Shown here piece after piece: positions 16,985 through 25,089 of a stretch of DNA of 64,000 nucleotides. Both the position numbers and the translations under genes were made by a program. The notes under the pieces are model-generated. The model did no database searches. It saw only the letters and a program-made list of their open reading frames with translations, and was not told the origin of the DNA. Position 1 is the first letter of the stretch. Every line of letters starts with the position of its first letter. This DNA comes from Dehalococcoidia bacterium (lineage in GTDB: Bacteria; Chloroflexota; Dehalococcoidia; Lucifugimonadales; SAR202-VII-2). The stretch spans positions 850,389 through 914,388 of the forward strand of contig CBDDDS010000005.1 of NCBI GenBank assembly GCA_965226745.1, written 5' to 3'.

Positions 16985-19891
16985 TTGTTGAACGACGTGC
17001 CCCACCAGACCGAACCCAACGCCAACAACGCCCTGGGAGACCTGCTCCGCGGCATGATGCCCGGCTGCGAGGTCCGCTCCGAGAATACGCAGACCTTCCC
17101 TGACCATCCGGGGCGCCATGCCGACGTGCTGATCACGGCCCCGGGGCGCTCGCCGGTTGCCGTTGAGGCGGAGTATGAGCCGGCCCCCGAGGCGGAAGAG
17201 GACGCCCATGCGCGGCTGGGCCTGACCGTTGCAGGGGCGCTGCGGACCATCGAGGCGGCCATTGCCGTGCGCTACCCGGAGGCAGTGGAAGACGCCTACG
17301 ACGTGCGCCAGGCCCTGGCGGAAGCGCGCCTTTCCTACTGCGTACTCTACGAGGACGGCAGCCGCTTCCCCGAATCGGGGGGGCTGAACGGTTCGGCGAG
17401 CGACCTTGCCGACCTGGTGCGCCTGGTGTCGGTGCCGCAGAAGGCGGTGGACGAGGCGGCCGCGGTGCTCGAACACGGAATCGGGCAGGCGGCAAGCGTA
17501 CTCGATGACCTGGCGAAGCAGCGGCCTGCCATCATCACGGCGATAGCCCGCCTGCTGGGCATGGCCAACGTGCCCCAGACGCGCCGCATGGCCTGCGCCA
17601 TCGTCGCCAACGCCATGGTGTTCCACGAGCGGATTGCGGGGATGCACGACGAGGTCAAGCCGCTGGGGTTGGTGTTCGGCCCCAACGTTGGGAACCCGCA
17701 GGCCGAGGTGGAGAAAGCCTGGTCCGCCATCCTGAAGATCAACTACTGGCCCATATTCGCCATTGCCAAGGACATCTTGGGGCAGTTGCCGCCGGACAGC
17801 GCCGCCCAGGTGCTGCGGGGCCTGAGGGACACCGCTCAGACGGTGAACACCACCGGCGTGGACAATGCCCACAACCTGACCGGGCGCATCTTCCAGCGGC
17901 TGATCGCCGACCGGAAGTACCTGGCGACGTTCTACACCCTACCGGCGTCGGCGGCGCTGCTCGCGCGGCTGGCCGTCGCCAAGATGGACGGCGTGGACTG
18001 GTCGGATGCCGAGGCCATCGGGAAGCTGCGGGTTGCCGACTTCGCCTGCGGCACCGGCGCGTTGCTGTCTGCGGTGTACGAGCAGATTGCGGCCAGGCGC
18101 GAGCGGGCCGGGGGCAATCCGGCCGAGCTGCACCGGGCGATGATGGAGGAAGTGCTCTACGGCTGCGACGTGATGCCGTCGGCCATCCACATCACGGGGT
18201 CGACGCTTTCGGGAGTGGAGCCATCGGTGGGTTTTGAAAACTCCCGCCTGTACACCATGCCCTACGGCCGGCAGCGCGACGGGACGGTGAAGATTGGGTC
18301 GTTGGAGCTGCTGCAATCCTCGACGGCGCTGACGCTGTTCAACACGAGCGATCCGGCGATGCGCACGGGCAGCGCCGGGGAGGAGACGGCGGCGCAGGTC
18401 ACCGCGGAGATGCCCGACGAGGGTTTTGACCTGGTGATCATGAACCCGCCGTTTACCAGGAACGTGACTCGCGAAGGCGCATACGCTGACACAGTAGCCG
18501 CTGCCTTTGCGGCTTTTGGGGCAAGTGACGCAGACCAGAGGCAGATGGCAAAGCGAATGGAGGGCTTGAAGAAGGACACCTGCTATCACGGCAACGCCGG
18601 CATAGCTTCCGCGTTCGCGGCGTTGGCCAACCGAAAGCTCAAGCCCGGCGGCGTTCTTGCCCTGGTGCTGCCTCTGTCAGTGGCTAACGGCCTGTCATGG
18701 CAGGGTTTTCGGGAGATGCTGACGCGTAAGTATACGGATATAACGGTCTTGAGTATCGCAGCAAACGGTCGAGACATGTCCTTCTCGGCCGATACGGGCA
18801 TGGCGGAGTGCCTCGTAATCGCCCGCAAACTCAAGCCGGACGAACCGCCCTACGACCGGACGCACTTCACATCGCTTCGGCACAGACCGCAAGGGTTTGT
18901 TGATGCCGACGCTACCTTCAAAGGCATAGATACCGGTAACCACGTTAGGCGGGTCGAGGATGGGCCATACGGCGGCACGCCCCTGAACATAGGGAGTAGC
19001 CTGGCCGGTGAAACGATAACCGCCCCATGCGACCCAGGCGGGGGAAACTGGGGCGCGGTGCGCTTGGCCGACCATTCTTTGGCTCAAACCGCCTATGCCC
19101 TGTCCCAATCCGGGTTGTGGCTTCCCGGCAGCGGATCCTCAGTTGAGTTGAAGGTGGGGTTGCTAGGTGGCATAGGCAAACTCGGCACTTACGATCTTGA
19201 TATTATTGGACCACTTCCCCGTGGACCTTTCGACAAAGTAGCTCCCAGCCCGACGGCCACATACCCCGCCCTTTGGAACCACGACGCCAAAAATGAGACC
19301 TGGATGGTCTGTAAGCCTGACTCGCAGCTACAGGTTCGGCAGGGGATGGAAGCGAAAGCGGCCACGGTATGGGACACCGCCAGCCGCGCCCACATCAACC
19401 GTGACTTTACGTTCGGTTCCCAACCACTCGCGGTTGCATTCACAGACCAGGAATCAGTGGGTGGTAGGGTGTGGCCCAACGTGACCTTCGGTGACAAGCG
19501 GTTTAACTATGCCTTCACGGTCTGGGGCAACAGCACTCTGGGCTTGTTGTCGTATTGGTGGCACTCCAGCCGTCAGCAATCGAGCAAGGCAAGCATGACT
19601 ATCCGCTCCGCCGAAACCATCCCCGTACTGGACTTCCGCGCCCTCACTGACGAGCAGTTGCTGATGGCTGAGTCGATCTTCAACGAGTTCCGGGACAAGG
19701 AGCTCAAGCCCGCCTACCTCGCGGACGCCGACGCCAACCGGGCGCTGCTGGACCGCCGGGTCATCTGTGACCTGCTGGGGTTCGACGAGGATACTTACCT
19801 GGGCGTGCGCCGGTTGGCGGCCAAGTGGTGCGCCGAACCGTCGGTGCACGGAGGGAAGCCGCGACCGCCGGGCAGCGCGCTGGTCAGCTAG
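16985..19891 (+). CDS. large gamma-class N6-adenine DNA methyltransferase with extra N- and C-terminal domains (possible type IIG/IIL restriction-modification fusion or orphan MTase)
   Basis: 968 aa. Has the AdoMet motif I VADFACGTGALL, the catalytic motif IV DLVIMNPPF, and an FYT-type motif (ATFYTLPASAALLA) upstream. The N-terminal HADVLI-x11-EAEYE is only loosely PD-(D/E)xK-like. The start is uncertain (TTG 16985 or ATG 17054). Confidence 0.8.
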   Translation: MLNDVPHQTEPNANNALGDLLRGMMPGCEVRSENTQTFPDHPGRHADVLITAPGRSPVAVEAEYEPAPEAEEDAHARLGLTVAGALRTIEAAIAVRYPEAVEDAYDVRQALAEARLSYCVLYEDGSRFPESGGLNGSASDLADLVRLVSVPQKAVDEAAAVLEHGIGQAASVLDDLAKQRPAIITAIARLLGMANVPQTRRMACAIVANAMVFHERIAGMHDEVKPLGLVFGPNVGNPQAEVEKAWSAILKINYWPIFAIAKDILGQLPPDSAAQVLRGLRDTAQTVNTTGVDNAHNLTGRIFQRLIADRKYLATFYTLPASAALLARLAVAKMDGVDWSDAEAIGKLRVADFACGTGALLSAVYEQIAARRERAGGNPAELHRAMMEEVLYGCDVMPSAIHITGSTLSGVEPSVGFENSRLYTMPYGRQRDGTVKIGSLELLQSSTALTLFNTSDPAMRTGSAGEETAAQVTAEMPDEGFDLVIMNPPFTRNVTREGAYADTVAAAFAAFGASDADQRQMAKRMEGLKKDTCYHGNAGIASAFAALANRKLKPGGVLALVLPLSVANGLSWQGFREMLTRKYTDITVLSIAANGRDMSFSADTGMAECLVIARKLKPDEPPYDRTHFTSLRHRPQGFVDADATFKGIDTGNHVRRVEDGPYGGTPLNIGSSLAGETITAPCDPGGGNWGAVRLADHSLAQTAYALSQSGLWLPGSGSSVELKVGLLGGIGKLGTYDLDIIGPLPRGPFDKVAPSPTATYPALWNHDAKNETWMVCKPDSQLQVRQGMEAKAATVWDTASRAHINRDFTFGSQPLAVAFTDQESVGGRVWPNVTFGDKRFNYAFTVWGNSTLGLLSYWWHSSRQQSSKASMTIRSAETIPVLDFRALTDEQLLMAESIFNEFRDKELKPAYLADADANRALLDRRVICDLLGFDEDTYLGVRRLAAKWCAEPSVHGGKPRPPGSALVS

Positions 19892-19924
19892 GGATCCTCT
19901 GAACAAGCCCCCGCCCCCGGGGAA

Positions 19925-20765
19925 CCTCCCACCCCTGCCCCCGCCTACGGGGGCAGCCTCTCTTCCTTCCCTCATACTCGGGGGAAGGCTAGGAAGCGTC
20001 CCCGCCAGGTCAAGCAAACCACGCCCCCTCCATCCCCCAAGCGAGGTGCAGGGGGCTGCTCTGTTCCTGCCCCTGTACTCGGGGGAAGGCTAGGAAGCGT
20101 CCCCGCCAGGTCAGCAAACCACGCCCCTTCCCTCCCCCAAGCGAGGCGCAGGGGGCTGCCCTGTCCCTGCCCCTGTACTCGGGGGAAGGCTAGGAAGCGT
20201 CCCCGCCAGGTCAGCAAACCACGCCCCTTCCCTCCCCCAAGCGAGGTGCAGGGGGTTGCTCTGTCCCTGCCCCTGTACTCGGGGGAAGGTTAGGATGGGG
20301 GTCCCCGCCAGGTCAGCAAACCACACCCCTTCCCTCCCCCAAGCGAGGTGCAGGGGGTTGCTCTGTCCCTGCCCCTGTACTCGGGGGAAGGCTAGGAAGG
20401 GGGTCCCTGCCCCCGTCCCCCAGCAGGGTGCAGGGAGCGCAGCCCCCGCCGGGGGTACAGGGGGAGTCCCCCTGTACCCAAAAACGTTGGAGGGCGGTGC
20501 GGGCGGGATAGCGGCGCACGCCACCATACCCCCCCTCTCTCCTTCCCCTCAGCCCCTGCCCCCGAGTACGGGGGCAGCCTAGGAAGCCTCTCGACGCGCC
20601 AAGGTGAGCAAACCACGCCCCCGCCATCCCCAAGCAGGGTGCAGGGGGTGCAGCCCCCGCCGGGGGGACAGGGGGAGTCCCCCTGTCCCCAAAAACGTTG
20701 GAGGGTGGGCCGGTGGGACAGCGGCGCACGCCAAGCCAAACCCTTCGCTGAAGGAGGGCGCAAGC
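19925..20765 (+). repeat. REP-like array downstream of the methyltransferase: about 5 tandem 'A' units of about 100 bp, then B'(truncated)-A-B modules
   Basis: TACTCGGGGGAAGG cores at 19975, 20076, 20176, 20276 and 20378 (spacing 100-102 bp). B modules at 20421-20523 (truncated) and 20632-20765. Units abut one another with no unique spacers. Confidence 0.9.
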
Positions 20766-20797
20766 CACAGCAAGACCATCCGTCCAGGGAGAGTCCC

Positions 20798-21215
20798 TGC
20801 CATCCCCCTATTGCAAAATACGAACAAGTGTGCTATAGTACCCCCATGAAGTCGGCCACCGGCCCCCTTCTCTTTCTCGGAGCCTGCCGCATACGTTGAG
20901 CACTGTGGGCTAACCATAGAGAATCCCCCTGTGGCAGGGGCGCTGAGGGAACAACCCAAGGGGCAAGACCCTCCGAGGAAGGCTGGGGCCGGAGCGAATG
21001 CCGTTGTAGGGCATAGGCTCTTGGGAGCCGCTTAGGCTCCCCGCGGTTTCGCTAAGGCTCGCGACGGCTCCGTCTCAGATCTGTCCCGGCTCCGTCACGG
21101 CTCCCTTCGAGAGCCGGCTGGTAAACGTCGCGAAGTGTCGCCAACTGTCCCACAGTCGTGACATCTGTCCCCTGGAGTGCTATGGATTACCGCTCTCGCT
21201 CCCGCCGCCTACCGC
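20798..21215 (+). repeat. element A of a 3-member promoter/leader element family (unknown function)
   Basis: Alignable by eye with 28126-28585: high identity over the first 250 nt or so, weaker in the middle, and shared again at gtgctatggattaccgctc. Contains a conserved hairpin GGGAGCC-GCTTA-GGCTCCC, GGCTCC motifs at multiples of about 11 nt, and the tail GGCTCCGTCACGG...GCCGGCTGG. Confidence 0.8.
20811..20839 (+). promoter_or_regulatory. sigma70-type promoter of element A
   Basis: TTGCAA-17 nt-TATAGT with spacer AATACGAACAAGTGTGC. An ATG lies 6 nt after the -10 box. Confidence 0.6.
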
Positions 21216-21489
21216 GCAAACCACGCAGGGCGCGACGCCTACAGGCAGAAGCGCGGTGGGTTCCGGGGCGGGACGGCTATCCGGACGGTGAAGCGGCCCC
21301 GGTCTTGGCCTCGCCGGGCTCGCATCGGCGGCAGGCTGAAGGCGCTCTCCTCAGCCTCGCAGACAAAGCCATCGAGGCGGAGCTGGCCCGGGGGCGGGTG
21401 AGGGGGCAGGCTAGGAAGGGCGCCTTCTCCTGGCAGGCGCTCGAATCGCAGTGCGTCTCTCACAGCTTCTTCAGAGGTTCTCGGGCAGC

Positions 21490-22326
21490 CTAGGCGTCGA
21501 TGGTCTGGCCGCCGTCCACGGCCAACGCGTGGCCGGTGACGAACGAGGCCTCGTCTGAGGCTAGGAAAAGCATCCCATAGGCGATCTCCTCAGGGTTCGC
21601 CAAACGCTGGAGACAACGATTGCGATTCGCGGAGGCCTGAAGAGCCGCCTGGCCCTCTTCCGGAGTCCTCCCCTCGGTGAGGTTCCTCAGCAGGCGCGGC
21701 GTCGCTGTGCCGCCGGGGCAGACGCAGTTCACGCGAATGCCCATCGGGCCGTAGTCGATGGCCATGCTCCGGGTCAGCAAAACGACGCCTCCCTTGGATG
21801 CGCTGTAGGCCGCGTAGTCGTTGGTTCCCAGGAGTCCATGGGTCGATGCGGTGTTCACGATGCTCCCCCTGCCCTGCGCCATCAAATGGGGCAAGCCAGC
21901 CTTGGAGCACAGGAACATCGAGGTCAGGTTGATGTTGATGAGGCGCTTCCATTCTGCTTCCGTGAGCTGGTCGACCCGGCCTCTGATGCCGGTCCCGGCG
22001 TTGTTGAGCAGGATGTCCAGACCTCCGAAGCGCTCCAGGGCCAGCGCCATCATCCCCTGGCAGCTTTCGGCGGACGTAACGTCAGCCTGAAAGAAGACTG
22101 CCTCGCCGCCTTCGCTCTGGATGAGCGCATCAATGCGGGGCGCGATGACCTCCACGAGGTCCACGCAGACCACCTTGGCCCCTTCGCGGGCGAACAGTCT
22201 GGCCGCCGCCCGCCCGATGCCGCTGTTGGCCCCGGTGATGACGGCGACTTTTCCCGCCAGCCGGCCCCGGCCGGAGCCCATCATCGGGTGTTCGTCAGTG
22301 CCCGGCGAGGTTGTTGTTGATGTCAT
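21490..22326 (-). CDS. classical short-chain dehydrogenase/reductase, tandem paralog 1 of 6
   Basis: 278 aa with TGANSGIGRA, NNAG and catalytic S...YSASK. Shares the N-terminal DEHPMMGSGRGRL extension with all the paralogs. Confidence 0.9.
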   Translation of the reverse strand: MTSTTTSPGTDEHPMMGSGRGRLAGKVAVITGANSGIGRAAARLFAREGAKVVCVDLVEVIAPRIDALIQSEGGEAVFFQADVTSAESCQGMMALALERFGGLDILLNNAGTGIRGRVDQLTEAEWKRLININLTSMFLCSKAGLPHLMAQGRGSIVNTASTHGLLGTNDYAAYSASKGGVVLLTRSMAIDYGPMGIRVNCVCPGGTATPRLLRNLTEGRTPEEGQAALQASANRNRCLQRLANPEEIAYGMLFLASDEASFVTGHALAVDGGQTIDA

Positions 22327-22359
22327 GGCAACTCCTTTTTCCAGCGTTGCGCCGCTGTC

Positions 22360-23180
22360 CTAAGCGTCGATGGTCTGGCCGCCGTCCACGGCGAGGGCGT
22401 GGCCGGTGACGAACGAGGCCTCGTCCGAGGCCAGGAAGAGCATAGCGTAGGCGATCTCTCCTCCGGGCTTGCTGGTCGTTGAAGGCAACGGTTCATCTTC
22501 GCTGCCTCCTGGATGGGAACCTGCCGCCGCGCCAGGTTTCCCAGCAGCAGGGGCGTCGCAGTCAGGCCGGGACAAACGCAATTCACCCGTATGCCCATCG
22601 GGCCGCAGTCGATGGCCATGCTTCGCGTCAGCATGACCACCCCGGCCTTGGAAGCACAGTAGGCGGGATTGTTCTCCGTCGCCAGCAGGCCGTACGTGGA
22701 CGCGGTGTTGACGATGCTCCCCCTGCCCTGCGCCATCATGTGGGGCAGGGCCGCTTTGGAGCAAAGAAACACCGAGGTCAGGTTGACGTCGATGAGGCGT
22801 TCCCAGTCTCCCAGCGGGAGAACGTCCACCCGCCCGCGAGCCGTTGTCCCGGCGTTGTTCAGGAGAATGTCCAACCCCCCAAAGCGCTCCAGGGCCAGCG
22901 CCATCATCTCCTGGCAGCTTTCGGCGGACGTGACATCCGCCTGGAAGAAGACCGCCTCGCCGCCGTCACCTTGGATAAGCGCGTCGATGCGCGGGGTAAT
23001 GACCTCCGCGAGGTCCACACAAACGACCTTAGCGCCCTCGCGGGCGAATAGCCTGGCCGCTGCCCGACCGATGCCGCTGTTGGCGCCGGTGATGACGGCA
23101 ACCTTGCCCGCCAGCCGTCCCCTCCCGGGGCCCATCATCGGGTGCTCGTTGGCGCCCTGTGCAGCTGTTGCAGAAGTCAT
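22360..23180 (-). pseudogene. SDR tandem paralog 2, apparently frameshifted near 22458
   Basis: The 5' part is in the frame of ORF 22323..23180. The conserved C-terminus (EIAYAMLFLASDEASFVTGHALAVDGGQTIDA) sits in the frame of ORF 22360..22764. An extra dinucleotide in GGAGGAGAGATCGCC, relative to the paralogs, explains the shift. It also has a shorter loop before NRCLQR. Confidence 0.7.
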
Positions 23181-23224
23181 GGCTGGTCCAAGGGTCTAGC
23201 GCAGTCCCCAGAGGGGGTGTTGCG

Positions 23225-23290
23225 CGGCCCCCATCCTAACCTTCCCCCGGGTACGAGGAGAGGGACGGAAGGAGGGGGAATGGACGGGGG
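23225..23290. repeat. dispersed REP-like core (inverted orientation) between SDR paralogs 2 and 3
   Basis: cccccatcctaaccttcccccgggtacgagg matches the reverse complement of the A-unit core. Confidence 0.7.
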
Positions 23291-23335
23291 GATTCTCCCG
23301 TCTCGCGCCTGTAACAACATCCCTGGGAAGTGCAG

Positions 23336-24172
23336 CTAAGCGTCGATGGTCTGGCCGCCGTCCACGGCCAACGCGTGGCCGGTGACGAACGAGGCCTCAT
23401 CGGAGGCCAGGAACAGCATGCCGTAGGCGATCTCCTCTGGGTTGGCGAGGCGCGACAGGCATCGGTTGATGTTGGCCGCGGCCTGAATGGAAGCCTCAGC
23501 GTCCTCGGGGCTTTTGCCCTGCGTCAGATTGCGCAGCAGCCGGGGCGTCGCCGTGGCGCCGGGGCAAACACAGTTCACGCGGATGCCCATGGGCCCGTAG
23601 TCGATAGCCATGCTTCGGGTCAGTAGGACCACGCCACCCTTGGAAGCGCAGTAGGCGGAGTAGCTCTCCGTGGCCAACAGCCCAAAGGTGGACGCTGTGT
23701 TGATGATGCTGCCGCGGCCCTGCGCCATCATGTGAGGCAGCGCCGCCTTGGATCCCAGGAAGACGGAGTTGAGGTTGATGTCCAGGAGGCGTTTCCAGTC
23801 CGTCTCTTCGAGCTGGTCGACTCGGCCTCTGATGCCGGTCCCGGCGTTGTTGACCAGAACGTCGAGACCTCCAAAGCGCTCCAACGCCAGGTTCACCATG
23901 CCCTGGCAGCTCTCGGCGGACGTGACGTCGGCCTGAAAGAAGACGGCCTCGCCGCCGTCGCCCTGGATCAGTGCGTCGATGCGCGGGGTAATGACCTCCG
24001 CCACGTCCACACAAACGACCCTAGCCCCCTCGCGGGAGAAGAGCCTGGCCGCCGCCCGCCCAATGCCGCTGTTGGCGCCGGTGATGACGGCGACCTTGCC
24101 TTCCAGGCGGCCCCTGCCGGGGCCTAGTCCGGGATGCTCGTCGGCGCCGGGTGAAGATGTTGCCGATGTCAT
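23336..24172 (-). CDS. classical SDR, tandem paralog 3
   Basis: Start at MTSATSSPGADEHPGLG (ATG 24172 after GGAGGG). Same motifs as paralog 1. Confidence 0.9.
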   Translation of the reverse strand: MTSATSSPGADEHPGLGPGRGRLEGKVAVITGANSGIGRAAARLFSREGARVVCVDVAEVITPRIDALIQGDGGEAVFFQADVTSAESCQGMVNLALERFGGLDVLVNNAGTGIRGRVDQLEETDWKRLLDINLNSVFLGSKAALPHMMAQGRGSIINTASTFGLLATESYSAYCASKGGVVLLTRSMAIDYGPMGIRVNCVCPGATATPRLLRNLTQGKSPEDAEASIQAAANINRCLSRLANPEEIAYGMLFLASDEASFVTGHALAVDGGQTIDA

Positions 24173-24204
24173 TGAATGCCCTCCAGGGTGCGAATGAAGG
24201 CGTC

Positions 24205-25041
24205 CTACGCCTTGATGGTCTGCCCCCCATCCACGCACAGCGCGTGGCCGGTGACGAACGAAGCCTCGTCGGAAGCTAGAAACACCATGCCGTAGGCGAT
24301 TTCCTCGGGGTTGGCGAGTCGCTTGAGGGCGTGGTTGGTGTCAGCGACGGCGTCGAGGGCGGCCTGACCTTCTTCAGGGCTCTTGCCCTGTGTCAGGCCC
24401 CGTATCAGCCTTGGCGTGGCGGTGCCCCCGGGGCAAAGACAGTTCACCCGGATGCCCATGGGCCCGTAGTCGATGGCCATGCTCCGGGTCAAGAGGATTA
24501 CCGCCCCCTTCGATGCGCAATAAGCAGCGTACCGGCTCACCGCTAACAGCCCGAACGTCGAGGCAGTGTTGATGATGCTGCCTTGGCCCCGTTCCATCAT
24601 GTGGGGCAGCGCGGCCTTCGATCCCAAGAACACGGAGTTGAGGTTGATGTCGAGGAGGCCGCTCCAGTCTGCGAACGTGAGCTCGTCGACCCGGCCAAAC
24701 ACGCCAGTGCCGGCATTGTTCACCAGAACGTCGAGACCTCCAAAGCGCTCTAGCGCCAATGCAACCATGCCCTGGCAGCTCTCAGGGGAGGTGACGTCCG
24801 CCTGGAAAAAGACGGCCTCTCCGCCATCGCTTTCAATCAATGCGTCGATGCGGGGCGTAATGACCTCCGCCACGTCCACGCAAACGACCTTGGCGCCCTC
24901 GCGGGCGAAGAGACGAGCCGCGGCGCGGCCAATGCCGCTGTTGGCGCCAGTGATAACGGCAACCTTACCTTCCAGCCGCCCGCGGCCGGGGCCCATCATG
25001 GAATGTTCGTCAGCGCTTGGCGCGGCCGATGCGGACGTCAT
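24205..25041 (-). CDS. classical SDR, tandem paralog 4
   Basis: 278 aa with the same motifs. Exactly 885 bp from the equivalent point in paralog 5. Confidence 0.9.
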   Translation of the reverse strand: MTSASAAPSADEHSMMGPGRGRLEGKVAVITGANSGIGRAAARLFAREGAKVVCVDVAEVITPRIDALIESDGGEAVFFQADVTSPESCQGMVALALERFGGLDVLVNNAGTGVFGRVDELTFADWSGLLDINLNSVFLGSKAALPHMMERGQGSIINTASTFGLLAVSRYAAYCASKGAVILLTRSMAIDYGPMGIRVNCLCPGGTATPRLIRGLTQGKSPEEGQAALDAVADTNHALKRLANPEEIAYGMVFLASDEASFVTGHALCVDGGQTIKA

Positions 25042-25089
25042 GGCTCCTCCTCGGCTAGCCGCTTCGGGCTATGGCTGGTTTCGAGAATG

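Noticed and set aside
19960-20480. A regular periodicity of about 100 bp that could be mistaken for a CRISPR array.
   Set aside because: The whole 100-bp unit is repeated and the units abut. There are no unique spacers, the period is too long for repeat+spacer with such identity, and no cas genes or leader are present.
20817-20833. The GAAC-N4-GT(G/A)C motif in the promoter spacers as a LexA (Cheo-box, GAAC-N4-GTTC) site. The dinB gene in the window made an SOS link tempting.
   Set aside because: All three copies have GTGC or GTAC rather than GTTC in the right half. No such box is visible upstream of dinB (37509-37796). The evidence is insufficient, so I keep it only as a generic candidate operator.
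20900-21010. Resemblance of GGGGCGCTGAGGGAACAACCC...AAGGGGCAAGACC in element A to TPP (CTGAGA...ACCC) or glycine (CCGAAGGGGCAA) riboswitch cores.
   Set aside because: The second halves of both riboswitch consensus structures are absent. The matching segments are not conserved in element B, and no downstream same-strand gene exists.
21158-21493. ORFs downstream of elements A and B (21158..21493+ and 28529..28801+, sharing (D/N)YRSRSR) as the genes driven by the element promoters.
   Set aside because: The sequences are highly basic and of low complexity. The shared peptide reflects nucleotide homology over about 30 nt only. The B ORF runs antisense into the DMT transporter gene.
22440-22480. 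Programmed ribosomal frameshift in SDR paralog 2.
   Set aside because: No slippery heptamer or downstream structure was recognised. The five sister copies encode the same region in a single frame, so simple indel decay or a sequencing error is more parsimonious.
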